Assembly: GCF_009914755.1 (NCBI RefSeq)
Contig: NC_060930.1
From: the human T2T-CHM13v2.0 reference genome, Homo sapiens
Length of the DNA stretch: 64,000 bases
Reading direction: 5' to 3' (one strand)
Part shown: positions 1 through 15,327 of the stretch, piece after piece
Layout: every line of letters begins with the position of its first letter
Numbering within the stretch: position 1 is the stretch's first letter
Notes under the pieces: generated by a model
Seen by the model: the letters and a program-made list of their open reading frames with translations, nothing else
Told to the model about the DNA's origin: nothing
Databases searched by the model: none
Made by a program: the position numbers and the translations under genes

Positions 1-969
1 TGGGTTTTCCAGAGTTTCTGTTATAAATGATAGATGTTGTGTTTTGCAATCAGGAGTCATTTGGTCTTCTAGAAAGGGGACATTTTAGCACAGAACCCAA
101 ACATACACTTCACACTGATTCTGCTCTACTACCTGGGAAATAAGAAAATAGCATTTTCTCCCCAGGAGTTGCATTTCTAAGGTTAATGATCTTTCCCACC
201 TTCTCCAGTAGCATGTATGTCTTTGCCACCGTGTCCCCATAGCACTGAATAGAACACATGGTCGGTTAAGGGCTTATTTTGCCTTTATTCTGAGAGGTCT
301 AAACTATTACAGAAAAGAATGTCTTAAGTAGTGAGTGTTTTCTCAATAATCGTTAGCATACATTTTAATCATTACTTTTGGATTTTTCAGGCTTTTGCTG
401 TTCATTCCCAGTCTCTGACTCTAATCTTTATATTCTCTGATTTTATTACCAATAGTTGCCCTATTTCTATCCCTCTGGTCAAAGATAAACTATTTTATTA
501 ATCCCTTCCTTTGGTCCGTAGAGGAAGCCCATCTTCCATTGTGCTTTGGGCTTTGTCTTCTGCCTCCCTCTTGTGAGCTGCATAACCACAGCTTAGGTCA
601 GCTAGGCACGCTAGTAATTGAGCCTGGGTCAGCTTGCTGGAATCACATTTCTGTCCTACCTTAGCCTCCTTACTACTGCAGTTCTAGAATATTCCATGAA
701 GTAATCCACAGGCAGTTTGAGGGGGAGGTGATCTTGCATGGCCTAGAGGGGCCATGAGGAGAATAGTGGACATGAGGGCAGAGCTAGAATACCTGACTGC
801 ATTCTGATTCCCCTTGTACAGAGGAAAGTGAGATGTCATTCTGCAAAGTGATAGGTAATTGAATGTAAGCCCCAGATATCAAGGGAAAGCCTGAGAATTA
901 TGGACAATTTGAACTTATTTAGATTTTAGCCAAGCGGTTGGCATATTAAATTTGCATTTTAATAAATTA

Positions 970-1230
970 GGTTTGGTCTCAGTATGGAGAATACACTAGG
1001 GAAGGAAACACTGGAGGCAGGGCAGCTGGCCATTTACGGAAAAGAGGCGGGGATGAGGGAGGCCTAGATTAAATGTTGGAGTTATGAGTGGAGAGAAGTG
1101 GATTTGAGATGTTTAGGATATACGAGTTAAGATTTTAGGACTGACCAAATCTGAGAAGAGGGATTTGACGCAGGTTTCTGATTTTGATGACTGGATGGGG
1201 AACAATGCCAAGAATTGTGAGGATCAACAT
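970..1230 (-). mobile_element. L2 fragment
   Basis: Purine-rich antisense L2 pattern (ggagagaagtggatttgagatgtttagga ... caggtttctgattttgatgactggatg). Confidence 0.6.
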
Positions 1231-1309
1231 GGTAGCTGAAAAGATGACAGCATCTGGACATAGCTTTAAAATAAAAACCGAAGAAAAACATTCTGCCAGG
1301 ATTAAGCTA

Positions 1310-1430
1310 ACACAGCTTAGGAAGTGATCAAGTTTTCTAGTGATCTTACTGACATAAGGACAGAATTTCGAATACCTGGAGGAGTAGTTGATGGACTTCA
1401 GTCAGACTTTTGATGAAAGTTGAAGTAGTT
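1310..1430 (+). mobile_element. Possible CR1/L3 RT remnant
   Basis: gatggacttcagtcagacttttgatgaaagt resembles the coding sequence of the LDFSKAFDKV motif; highly decayed. Confidence 0.4.
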
Positions 1431-1784
1431 GACGTTAAATGGTGGAACATTGTTCTGTGTTGCCGTTATCCTGGCACAGTCCTGATATGTGGACCAGACT
1501 TGAGTCTACCTGTGGAGTCATCTGTTCTTTCAGGGTTTTGTTATCCTTCAGCTTCCCTGTGGCTCTTACACCTCCTCTTGATATGAAAAGTCTGTGCCAT
1601 TGAAATATATCCTTAGTTAATAGGCCTTCATTAGTAAGACCTCTCATCCAGTTCTACTTCTTTCTTGGTGGGCTCCTCAGCTGTCATGGCCTTAGTCCAT
1701 CACCTATATTCTCAGAGCTCCTCCTGCTTCTTGAGTTGGGGAAGAAGATAGCTCTTTTGGAGAAAACCTCATTACATTGTAATT

Positions 1785-1990
1785 AAGGGTGCAGTCTTTA
1801 GAGTCAAACAGATCTGTGTTCAAAGCCTAGCTCTGCCACTTACCAGGTGTATTATCTTGGACCTGTACTCTTAAGTAATTCCTCATCTGTAAAGTGGTAC
1901 TAATCGTTTACTTATTTCTTAGAGCTGACAAGTTTTGTTAGGTCGTACATATAAAGCATTTAGTATTGTTTTTGGTCCATACAAAATAAC
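1785..1990 (+). mobile_element. MIR SINE
   Basis: agagtcaaacagatctgtgttcaaagcctagctctgccacttaccag ... cctcatctgtaaagtgg core. Confidence 0.8.
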
Positions 1991-3320
1991 CAGCAAATGT
2001 TACCTTTCATTTGGTATCTTTAGTTGTATACCTACACATTGACTCTCTAAAATTTATCTTTTTGGGGATTGTATGTAGACTGAAGTTATTAATAGTAACC
2101 TTTAACATGTTTTCATGTGTTTGCAGGAATTTGGAACTGTAATATACTTGGGTGCCATAAAATTTCAGTAGCTACCTATTTCTCTTTGATGAATCAGGAA
2201 ATCTGGGCATGTTTAATTTTTGATAATCTGGGTTTTTGGTGTGATTTTAAAAATATATGTGGCAAAAACAGTTTCTGAATAAACAAATGTGCCAACATTA
2301 TTTTGGCTAAACCTGGATTTTTTTTATTAATGCTAGGTATGATGGAAAAATGAAGGTACTCATTTTATACAGGCAAAAATATTTTTGCAAAAATGAAAAA
2401 ATATTTTGAGGATTGTTATATTCCAGATATATTTTTATATTTTTAGCTACCATTTTGATACTGAAATCTGGATAAAAAATTAGGCTTCATGTTTTCCATT
2501 TAAGTCTCCATACCTGTCCTCAAAAATCACATTAATCCAGGTGTAATTGAATATGAATTTATAGAAGCACATGGGAAATGAAATTTTATGTCTAATTAGA
2601 TATTTTTCACAGTTGGATGAGAAGCCAGTGTTTCAGTGTTTCCTGCCAGGAACCTCAATTTTCTAAGCCAAAATATGTTTGACATTAACCCAGGTTGCTA
2701 TTACCATTAGACGTCAGTCTGAGCAGTAGTCCTTACTTGTCTGTGAAGTCTACAAGTATGGAAATCTCTTGTTTAGCCTGTATCTTCATCTACTATGTTC
2801 ACTTAAAGTTTCCACGAATTGTTTATTTCATTAACTGAATATAGAAATACCCCCAGACAATTTTGTGTGTCTGTATGACCTCACACAAATGCATTATTTT
2901 GTTGGTTCACATGTTTTTCTTGAGTAGAAGCTTCCTTGTTTAGTACTTTTTATCCATAGGCACAGATGACTTCAGTGTGTGCTGAACTGGGAATCAGAAG
3001 AAAGTTATAGCCTTGACTCTGTTACTTGGAACCACTCTCTTTGCCCTGAGGCAAAAAAAAAAAAAAAAAGAAAAAAAGAAATTTGTCCTCTGTACAGAGG
3101 TCTTTTGTGAGGCTTTAATGAGGTAAATGAAAACACTTTGGATATCCAAGCATGATAAGGATGTAAAGTGATGGTATATTTCTAATTCAAGTAGTGAAGG
3201 AAGATAAATATGCACTAGAGAGTGAGATTTTGCTTAAGATTTTGCTTAAGGTAAACAACTGCTTTGGTATAAGCTAACTAAAGAAATAATTTTTACATTT
3301 TGTATTTTCCAACCAAACAG

Positions 3321-3452
3321 AATCGGGACCAGTATTCACATCTGCTAAGTGATCATTTTCTGCCATACCAAGGTCATAATTCCTTCCGTGAGAAATATTT
3401 TAGTGGGGTAACAAAAAGAATTGCCAAGGAAGAAAAATCCACCCAGGAATGA
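3321..3452 (+). CDS. TRMT11: Terminal coding exon of TRMT11 (tRNA guanine(10)-N2-methyltransferase), last 43 aa plus stop
   Basis: Pyrimidine tract and acceptor ttttgtattttccaaccaaacAG (AG 3319-3320), with a CTAAC branch-like motif at 3274-3278. Phase-0 translation gives NRDQYSHLLSDHFLPYQGHNSFREKYFSGVTKRIAKEEKSTQE-TGA(3450-3452). The peptide is recognised from memory as the TRMT11 C-terminus (FREKYF, cf. yeast Trm11 FRERYF). Upstream exons are not in the window. Confidence 0.88.
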   Translation, partial: NRDQYSHLLSDHFLPYQGHNSFREKYFSGVTKRIAKEEKSTQE

Positions 3453-3892
3453 AAATTAAGATTTTGACAATGAAGAAAGAATAAGAATTTGATTTAAAAA
3501 GACATCTGGATGTGAACTTTCATGTATGATCCAGAAAATAGGTACGGTTTTAAAATATTTTATATAGAAAAGCTACAAAGTAAATTGAGCAATGCTTTTA
3601 AAGTTATCTTTGTTTTATAGACTTTTTTGTTGTATGTATTACAGTCTTTATAATCTTATTTAATGTATATTTGTACTTTCAAGTACTGATGGAGATAGAC
3701 TCAAAACAGTTATTTTTTTACAATTAATCTACAAAGGGAATTAATATTGTTGACTTTTAAAACATCTGCTGGATATATTATATGCAATTAATAGTAGTTA
3801 AGAATTTATTCATTTGGTAGATATGTTTATTTGGTTTTTGGTTGTCATCGATTTACATTGCCACTAATAAACCATATTGAGAATTTCTAAAA
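3453..3892 (+). other. TRMT11: 3' UTR of TRMT11 terminal exon
   Basis: AU-rich sequence with several ATTTA and TGTA motifs between the stop codon and the poly(A) signal. The end point is inferred ~20 nt after AATAAA. Confidence 0.75.
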
Positions 3893-3915
3893 TTGTGTCA
3901 TATCTAGTTGTCTTC
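3866..3915 (+). terminator. Polyadenylation signal AATAAA (3866-3871) with downstream GT/T-rich element
   Basis: ccactAATAAAccatattgagaatttctaaaattgtgtcatatctagttgtcttc; a second AATAAA lies at 3936-3941. Confidence 0.75.
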
Positions 3916-6900
3916 ATGGGGGATGTGATGAGGGAAATAAATTTTTATTTAGAAATTCCAGACAAGGAAGGAATAACAATGCTAATAGTGATGATAAGAA
4001 AGGCTAAGACCTGACAACCTAGAAAGATTCCAAACTCCTTAAGGCCTGTCTACATTTGAAGCTCTTTTGTACCTTGGATTTGCTCCTGCATTCCTAACCG
4101 TTGACTGTTGCTCAAGTTAACTACCCACAATTTTTGGTTTAGAAAGTAACGGATAGTTAAAAGCAGTAACAGCAACACAAATGCTTGATGGTTCCTTAAT
4201 GGTATTAAGCCTAATCAGTGCCCTTTGAAATAGAAGCTATATTTTTCTTGAAGGAGAAACTTTGCTGAGTCCACATTGTGTCCATCATGAAAATATCTTG
4301 CTTGAAAACCACTATACCCATTAATTCAGGATGCTAATAGCTTTCTTGCCTTTGGTGGTCAAATGTACCTCAGCAGGGTGGCAGTAAATGGATCCTCTCT
4401 CTCTAACCAGAGCCTGTATTTATTATTATTATTATTTTAGTGTTACTGCTGACTTTTATGGACTCAGAGTATTAATGTGCACAGCTTAGGACCTCTAAAA
4501 GTATAGTGCTGCCCAAGCAAAGAGACATCAGGCTATCTGCTTTGCTCTCTTTTTCTTGTCTTGCAGTTCAGGATTTCAGCAGCAGATCTCAAACATTTCA
4601 CTGATTATTTTGTTTGGGTTTCTGGATGTGATTTGTGGTACACTGGGGGGAAATCTAAAAGTATTCAAGGATGATTTATTTTCAGTTTTTCTGTTTAAAC
4701 CATCTTATTTAAAATGTTTCGAGGTTATATGGGAGGTGAGTTTGAAACTTTGTCACTGACTCAATTTGGAATATGAGATTTTAGCTTAGCCCCTTTTTTG
4801 GGTGGTCACAAAGATTAGTCCAAATAGTTCTGGAAAGTTGGAATATTAATTTTAGTCACATTATCCTTAAAAATTATCCAACACTTAAAAAATATTTGAA
4901 ATTATTTGTTATTACTACTAATTGAGGTCTTCTAAACTATGATTCCTATTATGAGGCTTATTTTTGTATTAATCAGGAAGTTCAGTTTCCCATTCCTGAA
5001 ATGTCACTAGGCTCAGAGTATAATTTGTTTAGTTGGTACTTATAAATAAAAAAGAAACCTGATTACTTCCAAACTATTTTGGTTTTAGAGCATAGGTCTC
5101 AAGCCCTCTTATTTTAACGAGAGAGTTTTATTTTTTGGCGTTAGGATCTTATTACTTTCGGCGTAAGTTACAGCAGATCCTTTCCAGGATTGCTCTGGTT
5201 TTCTATGTTACCACTGTATTCCTCATGTGCTTACAGCAACAATATCACCTAGCAAATTGCCTGCATTTCAGAAAGTCCTGTAGTTTGGATTTACAGTATA
5301 ATCTGTGAAGGAATTCTAGGTGGTCTGTGGACTGGCCTATTTTAATGTTTATAATATGACAAAATGTATAATTTTGTTTCTGGCATATATTAAATATCCA
5401 TAAACTCCAGACGGTTACCTTGGTGGTGTTCATCAGAGGTGCCTCCTTCCCGTCTATTCTGGTGAGTACTTTTTGCTCTAATAGCTGGGAGGAAATAGTG
5501 GAGTAGGTGGTCTTTGTGTTTAGCCAAAGTGGCCAGCAGATTTTGAAAAGTTTAAAATCTGCTACAATTTTCTCAGCCACTTCCTGCCCAGGGTGACCCA
5601 GCTTTGGGCCAGCTTGCCACTGACTTCCTTATGACTAACTCTTTAAATACAAGGATTGAGCAATAAAACATTTTCAAACTGTTTAAGCTCTGGGAGGTAA
5701 GTCAGTATTGCCACTATTTCCTTGTTGAGAAAACTCACTCAAATATTGAGATTCCCTACATATTTAAGAAGGATGGCAATTATAAGTAAAAACAAAACAA
5801 AAAACAACAACAACAACCTTATTTCAAGTTTTGTAGGGGAAAGTAGAGTATGTGTTAACATCACGGGAGGCATTGTAGTGGGTGTGTTTATTTTATTGGG
5901 TTAAAATTGTGCTTTAAAAGTTTGAGACATGGAAATAGCTTTTAAGGTAATATGTTTTATACTCGTAAATTAAAGAAGCAGGGATTTGACTTTTTTTCAA
6001 CACCAGGAAATTAGACGTTGAGGTTGTGTTATATAGATGCCAATATAAGCAACTCTGGCTCTTGAATAAAAGTTCTTAGTCGTTTGGTGTTAGAAGAACT
6101 GCTGACATCTTATGCTGGAAATATTATCAAATATTGCTTATCCAAAGAGATATGGAATAAAACATAATGTTTCTCTGTTGAAAACTGAAGGTGACTTTTT
6201 TGGGAAATGATCTTATTTTCCATCCCATTGTAATAAATCTCCCTTGAAAAAGCACAGTGGAACTAGGCTCATGTTAATAGTTCTAACAGGAAAAAAATTC
6301 TTTGTAGATAAAGCAAGGCATAAATAAACTCATTAATGCATTGCAGTGGTGGAAATGGAGGTGAGTGTTGCCAAGGCAATTGATGACCTTATTGTTGACC
6401 TGCTTGACCAAAAGAGAATAAATTATTCCAAAATAAGAACCTTGGCTCTTTTTGCTGGGCTATGGTTCTGTTCCATTTTAAAGTTATTTAGAAAACTAAA
6501 CACTTGCAAGAATCTTTGTTCTTAGAAGGACTGTATTCATAGAATAAGTGAAATCTACTTTGATTTCCGACTTACCCACTCCCATTTTTCTCAGATATTT
6601 ATCAAGTAATGTGGTTTGTAATCCAAACAAAAAAAAGTGCCTTAATCCAGAACATACACATGGAGACAATAACAGCAGACTGATGGTGTTTGTACTTTAC
6701 TAAAACATTGAGATCTTCTCTAAAACAGAGTGGTTTGAGAACATAGTGTCTAGAGTGTAAAGAATTATAATGGAATGGTAAACATACTGTGATTCTATCT
6801 GGTCATAGAATCATAGAGACCAGCACATTCCTGTCTATCCTTTGGGGTGAAAAACTAGGGAACCTGACCCCTTTCCCTTAAAAGAGATCTGCCTTACGAT

Positions 6901-7652
6901 GTTCATATGTTTCACTGTGTGGGATAAGCAAGTTGACATTTAGACATAACTGAGGCCAACCTGGAATTTGGCTCTTATCCCTTCCTTTATAAGCCCTTGT
7001 AGACAGGGCTCTTTGGGGGATGGAGGTTTAATTGTAATGGCAGTCTTTTAAGCCTGGGTCATGGAACAAAATAGGGCTTAATAGATGAATGTTAAGATAA
7101 GTCAGCTTCCCTTATGTAACTGCTAGCCCTATTTCTTGTGATATTAAGATGTGCTTAGTATATTTTTGTTTTAAAATTTGGAAGTTCTTACTAAGATAAT
7201 CATGTTGCAGTCATGCCAAACTGAATTGCCTAAAAAGGAACCTGTTTTGACCTCTATGACTTTAAAAATCTCTCCTTTAATCAAGCTTCCCTGGCTCTCT
7301 CCTGAGGATTTATCGGAAGAACTCTATTTTGGCTAACATGCAGCAGTGAAGATTAGCTGGGCTTATGTGTGAAGTTAGTCAAATTAAAAGAAAAGGAAAA
7401 AGGCTGAGGAGAAAATTAAAATTGAAAATGTAAATGGTACTTATGATATTGGAGTTGTGCTTTGATGGACTGCCAAAGTAATGTGTTGTAAGTTGGTGAA
7501 GTGGGTCAATATGGGCTGAGTTGTTATTGATGAGTTTTAAAAATCTTTAAGAGTCCCTTAAAATTTGTGTATAAATCTTGGAGTATCTCACCACAAGTTG
7601 GAGTGACTTCTGCACAAAGAGCCAAATTGCCTTTGCATTTTTCCATTTTTCT

Positions 7653-9119
<1,467 letters not shown>

Positions 9120-9128
9120 CTACATACC

Positions 9129-9963
<835 letters not shown>

Positions 9964-12900
9964 GTTTTTGATCATGAGGATGGGATGCTGACAGACACAT
10001 AGCTTTCTGGAAGAGGAGGAGGGCTTTGGGGCTCATTAACAGGATTCATAGGAAGTCCTTAGTAATTGTTAGCAAGCATGTTGACCAAATTTCATGATCA
10101 ACCTGATGATACATGGTCCTCAACTTCATTGCCTGTTAATGAGGAGCAAATGGGGCAGTGGTTGCAGGCCAAGTATCAGAAAGTAGGTCCAGTGATAGTT
10201 ACCCAAATGGTTCCTTGTTTTTTGCTAACCCTTTTCTGGGCGTTTGGAGAGGTGTTTCCTCACCAGTTTGCCAGTTAGCTTCAAGTCCACCCCACTATAA
10301 CAATTAGTACTAAGATATATCCTGAGTGGGCTGAAGGGTGTACCTTCTTAGACAATAGGTGAATCATTAGAACTTTGGCTGTTTTGCTTGGGACATATGG
10401 TGGCAGGGCACATCATGGTTGTTAAGGAACATGGGCAACAAGTGGGCTATTTTATGGCTCAGCTCCTCCTGGCAGTCTGTCATGCCAGACTTAATATCCA
10501 TTCAGAGAAAATAATAAAGGATTGTTTTTTTTCCAGTGGGTCTTGGTTGCTTTCAGAGAGCATTGGCATCTCAGGGATATATCCCTGAGACAAACTCCTG
10601 TGGGAAGGGATAGAAGAGGCATTAACTAGTATTTGGTCTTTTACTGCCCTGAATTGAGTTTACCGTTCTGATGAAGGCGACCTACTGAAGAATGAGAAAC
10701 TGACCCAGAGAATTCTAGATAAATTCTTGGAGTTGGCCCCCCAACCTTGGAAAAGTGCTCTACCTTTTATGTTAAAACCGGGCCAGAACTTAAGAGATAT
10801 TTCTTGGTACTGGTGAAGATGCTGTCAATTAAGATGAACTCCTAAAAAAAGAAAAATGTCAATGTAAGTCAAGCTAGAGTCAGACAAAGGACACAAACCC
10901 AGTGGCTTCAGTCTGAAGACCATGTGTCCATGGTTACTGAGTCAAAGGGTCCCCAATGCCAAAACATTGTCGGATTTTGCTTTGTTTTGGGGACCAAAAT
11001 CATTGGAATTTCATTTATTTGAGCTCCAAGCAGCTGCTATACTAAATACTAAAAGTAGATGTAAAGCCTTGCATACTGGCATGGAGCCTCCCACTCCAAC
11101 CCCATGTTCCCTTGTTTCTCCCTCCACCTTTAACCTGACCTCAGTGGCTTTAAGGAGAAAGATGATTAGGGATGGGGCCCAGGACTCAGCCACCACATGT
11201 ACCCATCTGAATATGCTGGGGGACTTTATAGGAGAAAGGGGCACAAACTTGTATGGCTGTGTTGAATACAGGTGCCCAGTTCACCATCTTACACAGTCCT
11301 GTGGGGGAAGGGTCCACTCGGTTTCAACTGATAGGGTTTGGGCAAGGTTCATAATAGGAAAGGAAAGTTAACATGACCACAGGTCAACTTGTGGGTATGA
11401 CCTGTTGAACCAATTTAATGCACCGTTGTTCTTTTTGCATCTGAATATATAGCAGAAAAATGACATGTTATATGCTTGAACTTTTCTGCCCTATAAGTGC
11501 TAGAGCCCAACCAGAAAGAGCCCCATTTAGATAGGTACTAGTGTCTTTAAGGCTACAGAAACCTAATGATACCTTTGAGCTATAGAATATCCTGTAACTG
11601 ATTACTTTGCTGATTGGAGACTCTGGTAAAAGGAGATACCCTTCATCCAGAGGTGCCCTTGGAGTTTTGGATGCCTGGACTCCTTGACATGGCTGGCCAG
11701 ATACACGGCTTCTGAAAAACAACTAAGTATTAGCTACTACTGATATGGACAGGAGGCAGGGAAATACTGGGTAGAAGAGGGCAGCGCCCTGACAAAGGCC
11801 CCACCCTCAAGCCTGAAAACCCACGGCCCTAATTGGGAACAGGCATTCCTGTTTTTGTGCCCAAATGTTGCCTTTTGGCCTGCCATGCCCCCTTATCCTG
11901 TACCCATATAAACCCTAAACCCCAGGCTCCACAAGCAGAAGAGTGGCAGAGAAGGAGAGAAGAGAAGGAGCATCTGAACATCAAGAGGAGTTTGGCTGGA
12001 GATGGTTGGAGAGGAGATTGGTTGCAGGATGGCTGAACTGCAGGGGAAGATCATCTTCCCACTCCATCCCCTTTACAGCTCCCCATCCATCCCGCTGAGA
12101 GCCACCTCTACCACTCAGTTAAAGCCCCGTATTCACCATCCTTCAAGTTTGTGTGTGACCTGATTCTTCCTGCATGCTGGACAAGGACCCGGGTATCAAG
12201 AGGGCAAGGTGTAAAAGGCTGTCACCCTGACTCTCCACTGAGCTGGTTTAACACTTAGCTGTCCACAGACGGCAACTGCTAAAAGACCATTAATCGTAAC
12301 ACAGTCCTAGATGCTACCGTGGGGCTGGAGCCCAAAAGCGCTCGCCCAGCTCCTGCATCTGCCTGTCTGCATGCTCCCCTTCCCGTAAGGGGTTTGAGCA
12401 CACCCCTGTCACAAGTTCCACGAAGGAGTCAGGCAACTCTCCTGTTTCACTACTGGGCTTCTGTCAAAACTGAACACTTAAGCCAGCTAGCCTGCTGTTC
12501 CCTTTTTGGAGTAGATCAAACAGACCTCATGACTACTAAAGTGGAAAGGGCCCAACTAGCCTTGCTTGTCATATAAAATCATTATATGTAATAATCATTA
12601 ATGCAACAGACCTACCCTCAATGACATCTTGGATTTACATGAAAAAGTGGCAGCTAATCCTTTGGGGGAAAACTTTATCATCCATTCTGCTGCCTGAAAC
12701 AAAGCCCCTGGCTCAGCACCCTTGTTTCATAAAGGTTACATATAGGGGCTTTAAAAATACATTTAGGTGGCATTTAGGAGATTCCTCAAAATGCCTGTTG
12801 CTTCTTTCACTGATAGATTGGCTAAGCTGAAAACCAGTGCCATTTCAATGGACTGCAATGGCTGTTCAACCTCAGTGCCAGGTAAGCAGAACTGAAAATG

Positions 12901-13710
12901 GAAGTAGTTGGTCTGGTCATTAAGTAGAATTCAAGGCCATTCTCAAAGCTCTGACCAATACCCTCCTTGAGGAGCCTTGTTATGTTTTTACTGACTGTTA
13001 GGTTGTTGCTAAAGACCTGTGGTTTGATCCACCACTTGGAAAAGTAGAGATTTGCAGATTGAAGACATCCTTCCTTAGGGGCTTCAAACAGTGGAAACAA
13101 ATTGTGGCGGCTGATAGAACTGTCGGGGTCACTCATATTGACATCCATTTTAAAATCTCATTCTCTGATGAGACCAGCTAGAATCACTCGGTTAGCTAGC
13201 ACCACCCAGATTGCCATCATTGCTGCCTGGATCCATTATTGTACTGGACATGGCAACACATCCGCTGTTATAGACAGGACACAAGTAAAGTACTTGATGT
13301 TTCTGATGCAAAGGCTACCATTTGGTGCTAGACTTGTGACTCCTGCCAAAAGTCGACCTTGTTGCCTCTTGGTAAGGACGAACACACTGCATGGGGTGTT
13401 GTCTCCACTACTCCTGGCAGATTGATTACCTCAGACCTTCCTCCACCCCTCTTTAGAGCTATTGGTTGTTCATGAATACTATTGACACTTTCTCAGGTTA
13501 CAGGCTTGCTGTTCCAGTGCAATCATTTGACTCCAGCCACACCACTTTGGCCCTTGAAACTAATCTGTGTCATGTGTTTGGCTTTCTGGACCATTTGGTA
13601 TGACAATGATACGCCTTTTATTGCTAAAGCCACTCAATCATGGGCTACAGTCAAGACATTTGACAGACTTTCCATACTTCCTGCCATCCACAGGCATCTG
13701 GAATCTATGA
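9964..13710 (+). mobile_element. Decayed ERVL-type internal region (ERVL47-like): gag?, protease, RNase H connection, integrase; no 3' LTR seen
   Basis: Protease AVLNTGAQFTIL (~11250-11290); RYTASEKQL..YWASVKTEHL (11700-12480, split by LTR1); integrase WIHYCTGHGNT..TCDSCQ, SWQIDY, DTFSGY, DNDTPFIAKATQSW, FHTSCHPQASGI (13225-13706). Many stops and frameshifts. Confidence 0.85.
11741..12449 (+). mobile_element. Solo ERV1 LTR (LTR1 family) nested in ERVL pol
   Basis: TG...CA termini (tgatatggacaggaggcaggg ... ctcctgtttca); perfect 4-bp TSD CTAC at 11737-11740 and 12450-12453. Confidence 0.88.
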
Positions 13711-14661
13711 GCTTTGAAATTTGCTCTACATTTGTTCTATATTTTCTCTGGCAGCCCTTTACCAAACCTTCACAGAAAGACTCAGCACATTGCTCCAAAG
13801 TTACCTCTCAACAGGGCAGTCTTCTGTTCTTTGTGGGATGCATAAGTCTTTTAATTGATGGTTTTAACTCAGACAATTGGTGATTAATAGTTTGAGTCTC
13901 AGGCCAAGAAGATTTTCCAAAACCAGCACCTGAGAGAGTTGTAACAATCGGTTGAAAAGGACCACTTTACCTAGTATGCTTTATTATTGATGTTGAAGCA
14001 GGCAAATAAATATTCTAGTTGACGTATTATCTTCAATTTTCTTTCTCTTTACATTTTTCTATAGATTCCAAGAGTGTTAATTTTTTTTTCTATTTTAATG
14101 TCAATTGTTCTTCCTCTGTATTAGTTGTATGTGTTACTCTATTTTTCCTGTAATACATGTTCTAAGGCTTGTCTATTGGTGATTGGTTGATGTCTATGGG
14201 AGTTCCATGCATGGATTTAAATAATGACAAAGGAATTTATAGTCTGGTTGGGGTGATGAGACCTACACATAAAAAGATAGTTAACACAAAGTAGAATGAA
14301 TTAAGTACCCAGGAGAAGCCTCAATGGAGTTTGGAAGGATGAGAATTTTCTTCAGAGTAGAATATTTAATAAAGATTTCACAGAAGATGTGGTGCTTAAG
14401 CCAGAACATTACAAATTTTTTAAAAATTCAGTTAAGTGGAGAGAGGAAAGAAGCACATTTCAGATTGGGGGTGTTATGTGAATAGTGTGAGGAAAGTTCA
14501 GATGTGAGAATGTGTGAGTCAAGTTCAGAAGATGATAGGTACTAACTAGACTTAACTAGAGGGAAGGGTTCATGTGTATGATGGTGGGAAAGGACTTTGA
14601 AAAAGGTAGGCTGGGGTCATGTTGCAAAAGACCTTGAATGTCAGTCTAAAGAATTTGTATT

Positions 14662-14990
<329 letters not shown>

Positions 14991-15035
14991 CTAAAGATTT
15001 GAGAATAGGGACTGATTTCAGAAAGGTGATTTGGG

Positions 15036-15327
15036 GTGTCAGTTGCAGTGGCTCACGCCTGTATTCTCAGAGCTTTGAGAGGCTGAGGCCGGAGGATCAC
15101 TTGGGGCCAGGATTACGAGACCAGCGTGGGCAACATAGTGAGGCCCTGTAATTACAAAAATAAAATGGGCCAGGTGTAGTGGCACATGCCTGTAGTGCTA
15201 GCTACTCAGGAGGCTGAGGTGGGAAGATCACTTGAGCCCAGGAGTTCAAGGTTACAGTAAACTGTGATTATGCCACTGCACTCCAGTGTGGGTGACACAG
15301 TGAGATGTGGTCTCAAAAAAAAAAAAA
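15036..15327 (+). mobile_element. AluJ
   Basis: J-type right arm gatcacttgagcccaggagttcaagg; TSD aaaggtgatttgg / aaaagtgattttgg. Confidence 0.9.

Larger units (their letters stand above)
1..3320 (+). other. TRMT11: 3' part of the last TRMT11 intron
   Basis: Lies upstream of the terminal acceptor, contains only old repeats and no recognisable coding exon. Confidence 0.75.

Noticed and set aside
6290-6366. Other GT-AG pseudo-exons (also donors near 25403, 29082, 51216)
   Set aside because: Weak or ambiguous acceptors; expected by chance in 60 kb.
10066-13883. Domesticated retroviral gene among the ORFs in the ERVL region
   Set aside because: Motifs are scattered over different frames with stops, and the protease catalytic Asp reads Asn.
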